Source of the DNA: the human T2T-CHM13v2.0 reference genome, Homo sapiens
Length of the DNA: 64,000 nucleotides
Strand: one strand, 5' to 3'
NCBI RefSeq assembly: GCF_009914755.1
Contig: NC_060948.1
Shown here: positions 48,798-61,535 of the stretch, in pieces
Layout of the letters: every line of letters starts with the position of its first letter
Position numbering within the stretch: the stretch's first letter is position 1
The notes under the pieces: model-generated
Database searches by the model: none
Told to the model about the DNA's origin: nothing
The model's input: the letters and a program-made list of their open reading frames with translations, nothing else
Made by a program: the position numbers and the translations under genes

Positions 48798-51625
48798 TTC
48801 TACAAACGGAATGTTTCTTTTCCCCTCAAATTTATATACTGAAATTCTAACTCCCAATGTAATGAAATTAGTTGGTGGGGCATTTAGAAAGTAATTATAT
48901 CACGAAGCTCGAGCCCTCATGAATGGTATTGGGGCATTAGAAGAAAAGGTTATAAGAAAAAAAGTGAGAAGACCGACTTGCTCTTCACCCCCCATTTCTC
49001 CTTTCTCTCTCTCTCTCTGCCACGTGAGGATACAAAAACTGCCTGTCTGCAAATTAAGAAGTGTGTCCTCCTAAGACACCAGTTTTGCTGGCACCTTGAT
49101 ATTGGGCTTCACAACCTTCAGACATATAACTAATAAATTTCAGTCATTTAAGCGACCCAGTCTATAGTATTTTGTTATAGCAGTCCAACAGACTAAGACA
49201 GAAATTGGTTCCAAGAAATGAGCTGCTGCTGTATTAAACACCTAAAAATGCCTTTGGAACTGGGTAATGTATAGAGGCTGGAAGAGTTTTGAAGTACATG
49301 CTAAAAACACCCAAGTCTCCAAAGAGACTTTTAAAGGTGATTATAATAAGGGATAAGAAAGAGGAGAGCTGTAGATAAAGCATTTCTCTTCTTAGAGAAT
49401 ACATAAATAATAATATACAGGATGTTTGTGGAACTGTGGATGGTAAAAGCCATCCTAATGAGGTTCACATGAAAAGGAGGAATGCATCATTGGACAATGG
49501 AGGAAAAGCAATGCTTGTTATAAAGTAGCAAAGAACTTGGCTAAATTGTGTTTGAGTTCCAGTGTTTTTTGAAAGGTAAAACTGATGAGCAATGAAGTTC
49601 AATATTTACCGAGGAGACTTCTAAGTGAAGTGTTGAATGAGCAGTCTGTTTTTCCTGACTGATTATAGTAATATGTGAGAAGAGAGAAATAAATTAGATA
49701 GAAAATTATTTTTTATATTTAAATTTGTTTTCTTTTTAATTTTAAGTTCCCAGGTACACGTGCAGGATGTGCAGGTTTGTTACATACGTAAACGTGCCAT
49801 GGTGATTTGCTGCACTTATGAACCCATCATCTTGTTAAGCCTGGCATGAATTAGCTATTTTTTCTGATGCTCTTCCCCCTACCTTCCCTCAACTGGCCTC
49901 AGTTTGTGTTGTTCCCCTCCCTGTGTCCATGTGTTCTCATTGTTCAGCTCCCACTTATAAGTGAGAACATGCAGTGTTTAGTTTTCTGTTCCTGCATTAG
50001 CTTACTGAGGATAAGGGCTTCCAGTTCCATCCATGTCCCTGAAAAGGACATGATCTCATTCCTTCTTGTGGCTGCATAGTATTCCATTGTGTATATGTAC
50101 CATATTTTCTTTATCCATTTTATCATTGATGGACATTTGGGTTGATTCCATGTCTTTGCTATTGTGAATATGCTGCAATGAACGTACATGTGCATGTACC
50201 TTTATAACAGAATAATTTACATTCCTTTGGGTATATACCCAGTAATGGGGTTACTGGGTCAAATGGTATTTTTGATTCTAAATCTTTGAGGAATTGCCAC
50301 ACCATCTTCCACAGTGGTTGCACTAATTTACATTCCCACTAACAGTGTAAGAGCATTCCTATTTCCCTGCAACCTCGCCAGCATCTGTTGCTTCCTGACT
50401 GTTTAATAATCGTGATTCTGACTAGCATGAAATGATATTTCATTGTGGTTTTAATTTGCATTTTTCTAATGATCAGTGGAGCTTTTTTTCATGTATTTGT
50501 TGGTCACATAAATGTCTTCCTTTGAGAAGTGTCCGTTCATGTCTTTTGCCCACTTTTTAGTGGAGTTTTTTTTTTTTTTTGTAAATTTGCTAAAGTTTCC
50601 TGTAGATTCTGGATATTATACCTTTGTCAGATAGATAGGCTGCAAAAATTTTCTTCCATTCTGTAGGTTGTCTGTTCTCTCTGATGATAGTTTCTTTTGC
50701 TGCACAGAAGATCTTTAGTTTAATTAGATCCCATTTGTCAATTTGTGCTTTTGTTGCAATTGCTTTTGTTAATTTCTTCATAAAATCTTTGCCTGTGCCT
50801 ATATCCTGAATGATATTGCCTATATTTCCTTCCAGGGTTTTATAATTTTGGGTATTACATTTAAGTCTTTAATCTACCTTGATTTAGTATTTCTATAAGT
50901 TGTGAGGAAGGGGTCCAGTTTCAATTTTCTGCATATGGCTAGCCTGTTTTCTTAGCACTATTTATCTATTTATTAAATAGGGAATCTCTTCCCCATTGCT
51001 GGTTTTTGTCAGCTATTTTGAAGCTCATATGGTTGTAGATGTGTGGTTTTATTTCTGAGTTCTCTATTCTGTTCCATTGGTCTATATACTTGTTTTTGTA
51101 CCAGTACCATGCTGTTTTGGTTACTGTAGCCTTGTAGTATAGTTTGAAGTCAGGTAGTGTGATACCTCCAGCTTTATTCTTTTTGCCTAGGATTGTTGTG
51201 GCTATATGGGCTCCTTTTTTTTTTTTTTTTTTTTTTTTGGTTCCATATGAATTTTAAGATAGTTTTTTCTAAGATTTTGAAGAATTTCAATGGTAGTTTA
51301 ATGGAAATAGCATTGAATATATAAATTGCTTTGGGCAGTATGGCCATTTTCACAATACCGATTCTTCCTATCTATGAACATGGAATGTTTTTTCACCTTT
51401 TTGTTTCCTCTCTGATTTCTTGAGCAGTGGTTTGTAGTTCTTCTTGAAGAGTTCCTTCACTTCCCTTGTTAGCTATATTCCTAGATATTTTATTTTCTTT
51501 GTGGTAATTGTAAATGAAAGTTTATTCTCAATTTGTCTGCTTGTCTGTTGTTAGTGTATAGAAATGTTTGTGATTCCTGAACATTGATTTTGTATCCTGA
51601 GACTTTGCTGAATTTGCTTATCAGC

Positions 51626-52401
51626 TCTTGAAGAATGACAGTGGATTATTATAAGCTTAACCAAGTGGTAACTCAGATTGCAGCTGCTGTACCAGACGTG
51701 GTTTCATTGCTTGAGCAAATTAACACATCTCCTGATATCTGGTATGCAGCCATTGACTTGGCAAATGCCTATTTCTCTATTCTTGCCCATAAGGCCCACC
51801 AGAAACAATTTGCCTTCAGCTAACAAGGCCAGCAATGTACATTTACTGTCTTACCTCAGGGTTATAACGACTCTCCAGATTTGTGTCATAATCTTATTCG
51901 GAGAAATCTTGATCACTTTTTGCTTCCACAAGATTTCACACTGGCCCATTACATTGATGACATTATGCTGATTGGATCCAGTGAGCAAGAAGTAGCAAAC
52001 ACACTGGCTTATTGGTGAGGTATTTGCATTGCCAGAGAATGGGAAACAAATCCAACTAAAATTCAGGGGAACTTCTACCTCAGTAAAATTTCTGGGGGTT
52101 TAGTGATGTGGGGCTTGCTGAGATATTTCTTCTAAGGTGAAGAATAAGTTGCCGCATTTGGCCCCTCCTGGAACCAAGAAAGGGGCACTATCTAATCAGG
52201 TGCCAGTGCAACTAGAATATAAGCAGGCAGGAAAATGTGAAAAGAGAGACTGGCTTAGCCTCCCAGCCTACATCTTTCTCCAGTGCTGGATGCTTCCTGC
52301 CCTCAAACATTGGACTCTAATTTTTTCAGTTTTGGAACTCGGACTGGCTCATCTTGCTCCTCAGCCTGCAGATGGTCTGTTGTGGGACCTTGTGATAATG
52401 T

Positions 52402-52471
<70 letters not shown>

Positions 52472-52508
52472 TTCCATTAGTTCTGTCCCTCTAGAGAACC
52501 CTAATACA
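51626..52508 (+). mobile_element. HERV-L pol fragment fused to the 3' part of an MLT2A1-like LTR
   Basis: RT peptide [21 protein letters not shown]...[15 protein letters not shown] from ~52183 to CCCTAATACA at 52508. Confidence 0.9.
52403..52470. repeat. Perfect (AGAT)17 tetranucleotide STR
   Basis: 68 uninterrupted bases. Confidence 0.97.
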
Positions 52509-52610
52509 TCAGTTTAAGAAGTTTTGGGCTGAGTTGATGGGGTTTTCTAGGTATAGAATCATTTCATCTACAAAAAAGACAATTTGAATTTTAAGTATAA
52601 AAGAACCAGT

Positions 52611-52925
52611 GACTGAACACAGTGGCTCATGTTTGTAATCTCAGCATTTTGGGAAGCCAAGGCAGTAGGATTGCTTGAGGCCAAGAGTTCAAAATTAGCA
52701 TAAACAACATAATGAGACCCCATCTTTACAATAAAAAATATATTAAAAATAGCTGGGCATGGTGGCACATGCTTGTAGTCCCAGCTACTTGGAAGGCTGA
52801 GGCAGGTGAACTGCTTGAGCCTAGGAATTCAAGGCTGCAATAAAGTTTGATTGTGCCACTGCACTTCTGCCTGGGCAACAGAGAGAGATTCCATCTCTAA
52901 AAAAATAAGAATAAAAAATAAATGA
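52611..52925 (+). mobile_element. AluJ
   Basis: Divergent dimer with GGATTGCTTGAGG and TTCAAGGCTGCA, J-type. Confidence 0.88.
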
Positions 52926-55498
52926 ATAAGCCAAAACCTGAAAAAGTATAACTTTTTCAATCTGTTTATATTGCACAAAGTGAGAAAGCATGTTTTAAAA
53001 TATGTTATAGAGCATTGAGGGTGTGACAAAGCAAACATTTGATAAGGAGATTGAGATAGATGGATGTGAACCATGGAATTAATCAACCACCCCAGCAGGA
53101 AAACTGCCAGTTTGAAGCACAGACTCAATCAGTCAACTAAAAATACCCAGGAATAGATATCTGATTATACCAGCAGAATCACCGCCAGCTGGAAATAAAA
53201 AATTAAAAAAAGAGAAAATGTGATAAAATTAAAAAGGCTGAAACTGTGTGCTAACTTTCAAGAAAAAGAGGACCTTAAAGGTAATTCAATGATCTGTAAG
53301 GCAGACAGTGCCCAACGAAGCTAAGGGAGCAGGGACATTCCATGCCATAGGGATAGTGCCATCCAGTAGAGCCTGTGGAGGCAATTTCTGCATGGCAGAG
53401 TGTCAGCATAGGCAGAGCCCTGGCAGAAAGCCCCATCATGGCCATAGGTCAGGCACTGCAGACAGCCATGACATAGGCATTGCCCCGCTGAGCCGTGAGG
53501 GTGACACTGCTACCTAGTGGGTCCAGAAGGCAGAGCACTGGGACAAAAAAAAATTTTTTTCTCCACCCTTAAGATTTTACAAAGTTTGCCTAGTTAGGTT
53601 TTGAATGTGCTTGGAACTATAATCTTTTTTCTTCTTTCCTGTTTTTCCTTTTTAGAATGAGAATGTCTATTCCATGCCTCTCCCACCATTGATTTAGAAG
53701 CATATAACTTCTTTAGTTTGACAGACTTACAGCTAGAGAGGAATTTTGTCTAAGGATGAAAGTCTTACTCACATCTGATTTAGATGATATGATATTTACA
53801 TGAAGTTAAGAACTTTAGATTTTAGAATTGATTCTGGAATGAGTTAAGAGTTTTAGAAATGTTAGAATGAAAGGAATTAATTTGGCCTGTGATAAAAACA
53901 AGCATTTGGTGGGGGGCAGGGGTAGAATGCCGTGGACTAAATGTTGTTTTTCTCACAAAATTTATGTTAAAACCCTTAGCCCCATTGTGAATAGAAGAAG
54001 AGCCTTTGGGAGTTAACTAGGTTGTGAAACTGAAGCTCTTATGGGTGGGAATAGTCCCTTTAAAAGAAGAGGCATGAGAGAGTTTTCTCTCCCTCTCTCT
54101 CAGCCATCATTTTGATCAGGATTGTGTTGAATTTGTACATCAGCTTTGGATACTCTACACATATTAACAATATTGTTTTCGAATTTATGAAAACAGGATT
54201 TCTTTCCATTTATTAATATATTATTTAATTTCTTTCATCAATTTTTTTCATTTATACTATAAAAATGTTTTGCCTCCTTGACTAAGTTATTTCTAAGTAT
54301 TTATTCCCTTTGATGTTATTGTAAATAAAATTGTTTTTTAATTTTTATTTCAAATTTTTCAATGTTAGTATATAGAAAGACAATTAATTTTTTGTTGATT
54401 TTGTATCCTGCAGCTTTTCTAAATTTATTATTTAAAAAAAATTGTGTGTGTGTGTGTGTGTGTGTAGTCTTTTCCAATCACAATGCAATGAATAGAAGTC
54501 AACAACTGATTGTAATTGGAAAACGTATGTTGTATGACTTAAATGTTTTTAAATTTATTGAGACTATTTTGGGGGGCCTAAATATATGGCCTCTCCTTGA
54601 AAACAATCAATGTGTATGTGAAAAAAAATGTACTTTGCTGTTGTTGAGTGCAGTGCTCTCTATATGTCTATTAGGTCTAAATGTTCAAGGTATTTTTTAA
54701 GTACCCTTTTACTTTATTGATTTTCTGCCTGGTTTTGCTGTCTATTTTTGGAAGTAGGGTACTAAAGTCTCCTCATATTATTGTAGAGTTGCCTATTTTT
54801 CTCTTCAATTTTGTTAAGAATTGCTTCTTATATTTTGGAGCTCTGATGTATAGCACATATATGTTTATAATTGTTATATCTTCCTTGTGAATTGGTTTTT
54901 ATATCATTAAATAATATTACCTTTTTCCCTCTTGTAGTAGTATTTTTTTTTAATTTAAAGTTATTTTGGCTGAAATTGGTATAGCCACCCCTCCTCTCTT
55001 CTTGTTCCTTTGTATTTTCCATCTTGTTTTTCAACACTTGTATTTCTTTAGATCTAAACTGTCTCTAGTATACAGCAAGTAGTTTGATCTTATTTTTATC
55101 CATTCTGTATTCAGATTGAAGACTATATTTTATATGCCTTTAGGATAATTATTGACAGGGGAGCACTATCAATACTTTCCATTTTGTAATTTGATTTGTG
55201 TGTGTGTGTTATAGATATTTGTCTTTATTCCTGTATTACTGACCTCCCTTGTGTATAGTTTATTTTATGTGAATACATTTTGAATACCTTCTTATTTCCT
55301 TTTGTGTATATTTTCTAGCTATTTTCTCTTTGGTTACCCAAAAAACATGGTTCTTTGGTTACCATGTGAGTAATATATAAAACATCATAAGGCTATAAAA
55401 ATCCATCCTAAATTGATACCATCTTAACTTCAATTGCATATAAAACTTCATTGCAGTTTACCACCTTTCCCAGTTTATGTTACTAATGTCATAAATTA

Positions 55499-55893
55499 TA
55501 ATTGACACTTGAACAATATAAGAGATAAGAATGCCAAGTCCCTACAAGTTGAAAATCTGCATATAACTTTCTATTCCCCCAAACTTCACTACTAATTGCC
55601 TACTGTTGGACAGAAACCTTACTGATAACATAGTAGTTTAACACATGTTCTGTATTTTATATGTATTATGTTCTGTAAGTAAGCTAGAGAATGTATTTTA
55701 TTAAGAATATCATAAGGAAGAGAAAATATACTTACTATTCATTAAGTAGGTTTAAATCATCACAAAGGTCTTCATCCTCATCACTTCATGTTCAGTCCTG
55801 AACATGTTGCTGTCTCAGCAGTGGCAGAGGCAGAAGAAAATACATGTATAAGTGGACTCACAATTTAAACACATGTTGTCCAAGGCTAAACTG
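55499..55893 (+). mobile_element. Tigger2a-like DNA transposon
   Basis: Degenerate TIRs (TTGACACTTGAACAA ... TTGTCCAAGGCTAAACTG) and TTGAAAATCTGCATATAACTTT. Confidence 0.8.
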
Positions 55894-56059
55894 TATATCT
55901 TTATATGTTATGTAACCATTACCATTATCATATAAAGATTTTAGATTTATAATCTTTATTCATTTATAATTTAAATCCTACAGATAATATGTGGTGATAC
56001 AAGTAAAAATTAAAATAATAATAATATTTATATTTGTTATATGTTCATCTATTTACCTA

Positions 56060-57079
<1,020 letters not shown>

Positions 57080-57617
57080 CCTTCTCTGGAGATGTTTATA
57101 TTTTTTCTTATGGCTTTGAGTGATTGTCTAGGATTCTACTTGAAGGACTCCATTTAATATTTCTTGCAGGGAAGGTCCAGGGGTGGTAAGCTACTTCAGC
57201 TTTTGTTTGTATGAAAATGTCCTGACTACTCATCTATTTTAGAAATATAGTTTTGCCAGGTATAGAATTCCTGATTGGCAGTTCTTTTCTTCAGTCTCTT
57301 TAAATGTATCATGCTATTATTTCTGTTCTCCAAGATGTCTGATAAGAAATTCACTAGGATAGTCATATTGAGAGCTCTTGCATATGATCGGTCCATTTTA
57401 CCTTGCTGTTTTCAATGTCCTTTTCCTATCTTTCCATTTCAGCAGTTAGATTTTAATGTGTCTTAGGGTCTACGATTTTGTCCTACTTGGAATTCATTGA
57501 GCTTCTTGTAATTGTATATTTATATCTTTTTTCAAATTTGGGAAGTTTTCCATATTTATTTATTCAAATAATTTTTCTGTTTTTTTTTTTTCTTTCTCTT
57601 CACCTCCTGCAAGTTCC

Positions 57618-58026
57618 TGATGTAGTTTGCATGCTCATCACCTCTAAATCCCATGTTGAAATGTGATCCCTAATGTAGGAGATAGGGCATAGTGGGGAAG
57701 GTTTGGGTCATGGAGGTAAGTTTCTCATGAATGGTTTGGTGCCCTACTCACAGTAATGAGTGAATTCTCACTCTATTATGTCATGTGAAAGCTGGTTGCT
57801 GAAATAGCCTGGTACTTCCTCCCTTCCTCTCTCACCATGTGACATGCTAGCTCTCCTTACACCTCCTGCCATGAGAGTAAGCTTCCTGAAGCCCTCACCA
57901 GAAGCAAATGCCAGCACTATGCTTCTTGTATAGTCTGCAGAATAGTCAGCCAAAATAAACCTTTTTTCTTTATAAATAACCCAGCATTAGATATTAATTT
58001 ACAGCAATGTAAAATAGACTGACATA
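57618..58026 (+). mobile_element. MSTB-like solo LTR
   Basis: TGATGTAGTTTG...CATGTTGAAATGTGATCCC...AAGCTTCCTGAAGCCCTCACCAGAAGCA. Confidence 0.85.
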
Positions 58027-58652
58027 CTAACACAAGATATATTTTGATCTGCTTGGTGATGTTTTACCTCTCTCTTCCCTCCTATTCACTTTTCTTTACT
58101 TTTTTTTTACTTTTCATACTCAATAATTTCTAAAGACTATCGTTCAAGTTTTATGATTGTTTCTTTTCCCTGTTTGAGTTTGCTGCTTAAACCCCCTAGT
58201 GAATTTTATAATTGAGTTCGTGCCTTTTGCAGCTCCAGAGATAGTTAGGTTTTTTTAAATAATTTCTATCACATTGTGAATATTTTTCATACATAGTTTC
58301 TAATTTCTTTTTATGTTTAGTTTATGTTTCATTTTAACTATTTGAGTATATTAAGAAAGTGGTTTTAAAGTTTGGTTTTTTAATTCCAATTCATGTCTTC
58401 TTTTAGGGAAGCTGCCTTTTTTAGTTTATGTTGCTCCTTTAAATGGGTCATGTTTCCATCTTCTGCCTGTAATGTCTTGCCCTCAGGCGTATGAGGATTT
58501 GCAATTCCCCTGCAGGTTTCACGTGCCATGGAACTGGCCCTGCCTTTTGAAGCTTCTGTCGACTGAAGATAGAATTTATACTTATGTTCTTCATATGATC
58601 TTTGATGGAGTTCATATTCCCATAATATATCAGAGTAATGCAGAGAATAATC

Positions 58653-58960
<308 letters not shown>

Positions 58961-59487
58961 CGAGAATAATCTTTTAGGTAGCCCATAGATGAGTCAGAGT
59001 GTTGCAAACATGTTCTACTCTGCTACTTCTGCCTAACCAAAGGAACACATGATTTCCTCATTTTCTCCTGATTACACTACTATGCCAGGGACGAGATGAA
59101 GCAAGAGTGAATAAAAATACCACAGAATTTTCTAACATATTGAATGTGTCTCTTTCTTGGCTGTGCATCCAATTGGTGGCTATCATTCTTTAACTGGTTT
59201 CAGAATTTCTATAATATTTATTTAGTCAGTCTATAGCTGTTTTCTTAATGTTTTCATGGGGGAATGATGAACTGTGACTTCCTAGACTGTACCTTTTAGA
59301 CATCACTCTCAAAGGCATATTTTAAGATCTAAAAAGTGCTTAGCATGACTCTCATCTTTTCAAATACATTGAATATATTAACTTAAGGCAAAAAATTAAC
59401 ATATTTAGAAAAGGTTAAAAAAGGAGAAAATATGAGAGCATGCTCAAGTAACTTACTACTATGCAGACATCTGGAATTTTAAAATAG

Positions 59488-59550
59488 TGATCCTCCCGCC
59501 TTGGTCTCCCAAAGTCCTGGGATTACAGGAGTGAGCCACCACACCAGGCC
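59488..59550 (-). mobile_element. Alu fragment (first ~63 nt only)
   Basis: GTGATCCTCCCGCCTTGGTCTCCCAAAGTCCTGGGATTACAGGAGTGAGCCACCACACCAGGCC. Confidence 0.85.
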
Positions 59551-61535
59551 TAAATTTTTAATGTGGTTGTTTGGTTTTATGCTTGTTAATTTGCTTTACT
59601 TTCTTATAGATGCTAAATGTTAGGCCTTTGTCAGTTGCATAGTTTACAAAAATTTTCTCTCATTCTGTAGGTTGTCTGTTTACTCTGTTGATTATTTTGC
59701 TATGCAGAAGCTCTTTAATTAGGTCCCATTTGTCATTTTTTGTTGTTGTTGCAATTGCTTTTCATGTCCTTGTTATGAAATCTTTGCTGGGTCCTATGTC
59801 CAAAATGATATTTCCTAAGTTATCTTCCAGGGTTTTTTAATTTTTAGGTTTTACATTTAAATATGTAATCCATCTTCAGTTGATTTTTCTATATGGTGTA
59901 AGGAAGGAGGTCCTGTTTCAGTTTTCCACACATTGCTAGCTAGTTTATCCCAGCACGATTTATTGAATAGAAGTCCTTTTTCCATTGCTTAATTTTGGAA
60001 ACTTTCTCAAAGATCAGATGGTTGTAGTTGTATAGCATTATTTGTGGGTTGTCTATTCTTTTATTGATCTATGTATCTGTTTTTATATCAGAAGTATGCT
60101 GTTTTGATTACTGTAGCCTTGCAATGTTGTTTGAAGTCAGGTAATGTGACACATCCAGCTTTGTTCTTTTTGCTTAGGATTGCTGTGTCTATTTGGGCTT
60201 TTTTTTGGTTCCACAGGAATTTTTTTAAGTTTTTTTTTTTTTTTAATTCTGTGAAGAATGCAATTTGTAGTTTGAAAAAAATACTATTGAATCTGTAAAT
60301 TGCTTTGTGCAGTAAAGCCATTTTAACAATATTGATTCTGTCTTTCATGAACATGAAATGTCTTTCCATTCATTTGTGACATCTCTGATTTTTTGAGCAG
60401 TATTATGTAATTTTCATTGTGGGGATCTGTTACCTCTCTGATTAGCTGTATTCCTAGGTATTTTATTTTTCTCATTGTGAATGGGATTGCATTCTTCATT
60501 TGGCTCTCAGCTTGGATGTTGGTGGTATATAGAAATGCAACTGATTTTCATACATTGCCCTTGTATCATTTAACTTTGCTTACATTGTTTATCACATCAA
60601 GAAACTTTTGGGCAGAGGCTATGGGGTTTTCTAGGTATAGAATAATATAATCTAAAAAAAAGGATAGTTGGACTTCCTTTCTTTCTATTTTGATGCCTAT
60701 TATTTCTTTCTCTTATCTAATTGCTCTGGCTAGGACTTCCAGTAAAAAGTTTGAGTGGTGAGAGAGAGCATTAATGTCTTGGCCTGCTTCTCAAGGGAAT
60801 GTTTCCAGCTTTTGTCCCTTCAATGTGATGTTGGCCATGGATTTATCATAGATAAATTTTATTATTTTGAAGTATGTTCTTTTAATTATTTTGAAGTAAA
60901 GTTTCTAGTTTTTTGAAGATTTTTAACAAGGAAGGAGTTGAATTTTATCTAAAACCTTTTCTGAATCTATTGAGATGATCATGTAGTCTTTGTTTTTAGT
61001 TCTGCTTATGGGATGAATTAAATTTATTTATTTACATATGTTAAACCAACCTTGCATCTCAGGGGTAAAAACCAACTTGATTATGGTGGATAAACTTTTT
61101 GATGTGCTGTTTAGTTTGGTTTGCTAGTAATTTGATAAATATTTTTGCATCTATTTTTCTTCAAAGATATTAGCCTGAATTTGTGTGTTTGTGTGTGTGT
61201 GTGTGTGTGTATGTATGTCCCAGGTTTTGTCATCAGGATGGCCCTGGCCTCATAGAACGAGTTAGAGAGGAATTTCTCCTCCTCAAGTTATATGGAATAT
61301 TTTCAACAGAAATGGTACCCCCTCTTCTTTGTACATCTAGAAGAATTTGTCTATGAATTTGTCTGCTCCTGGGCTTTTTCTCTTTGGTAGGCTTTTTATT
61401 ACTGATTCAATTTTGGAACTCATTATTGATCTGCTCAAGAATTCAATTTACTTGTGGTTTAATCTAGGAAGGTTGTGTGTTTCCAGGAATTTATCCATTT
61501 TTTTCTAGGTTTTTTTAGCTTGTGTTCATAGAGAT
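59551..61535 (-). mobile_element. Old L1 (L1PA13-16/L1PB-like) ORF2 fragment
   Basis: ORF 60088-60369 [18 protein letters not shown]...[16 protein letters not shown]. Confidence 0.88.

Larger units (their letters stand above)
49710..52587 (-). mobile_element. 5'-truncated L1PA (about L1PA8-11) inside the MaLR, itself split by a HERV-L fragment
   Basis: 3' UTR GGTACACGTGCAGGATGTGCAGG and ORF2 peptides (ORFs 49944-50195, 50590-50781). L1 sequence resumes in register at 52509. Confidence 0.9.
48798..54106 (+). mobile_element. MaLR provirus (MST/MLT1A-like): 5' LTR 48798-49200, internal region, truncated 3' LTR 53928-54106
   Basis: LTR end GACTAAGACA followed by GAAATTGGTTCCAAGAAAT. PPT GGGGGGCAGGGGTAGAA precedes TGCCGTGGACTAAATG. 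Interrupted by L1PA and Alu. Confidence 0.8.
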
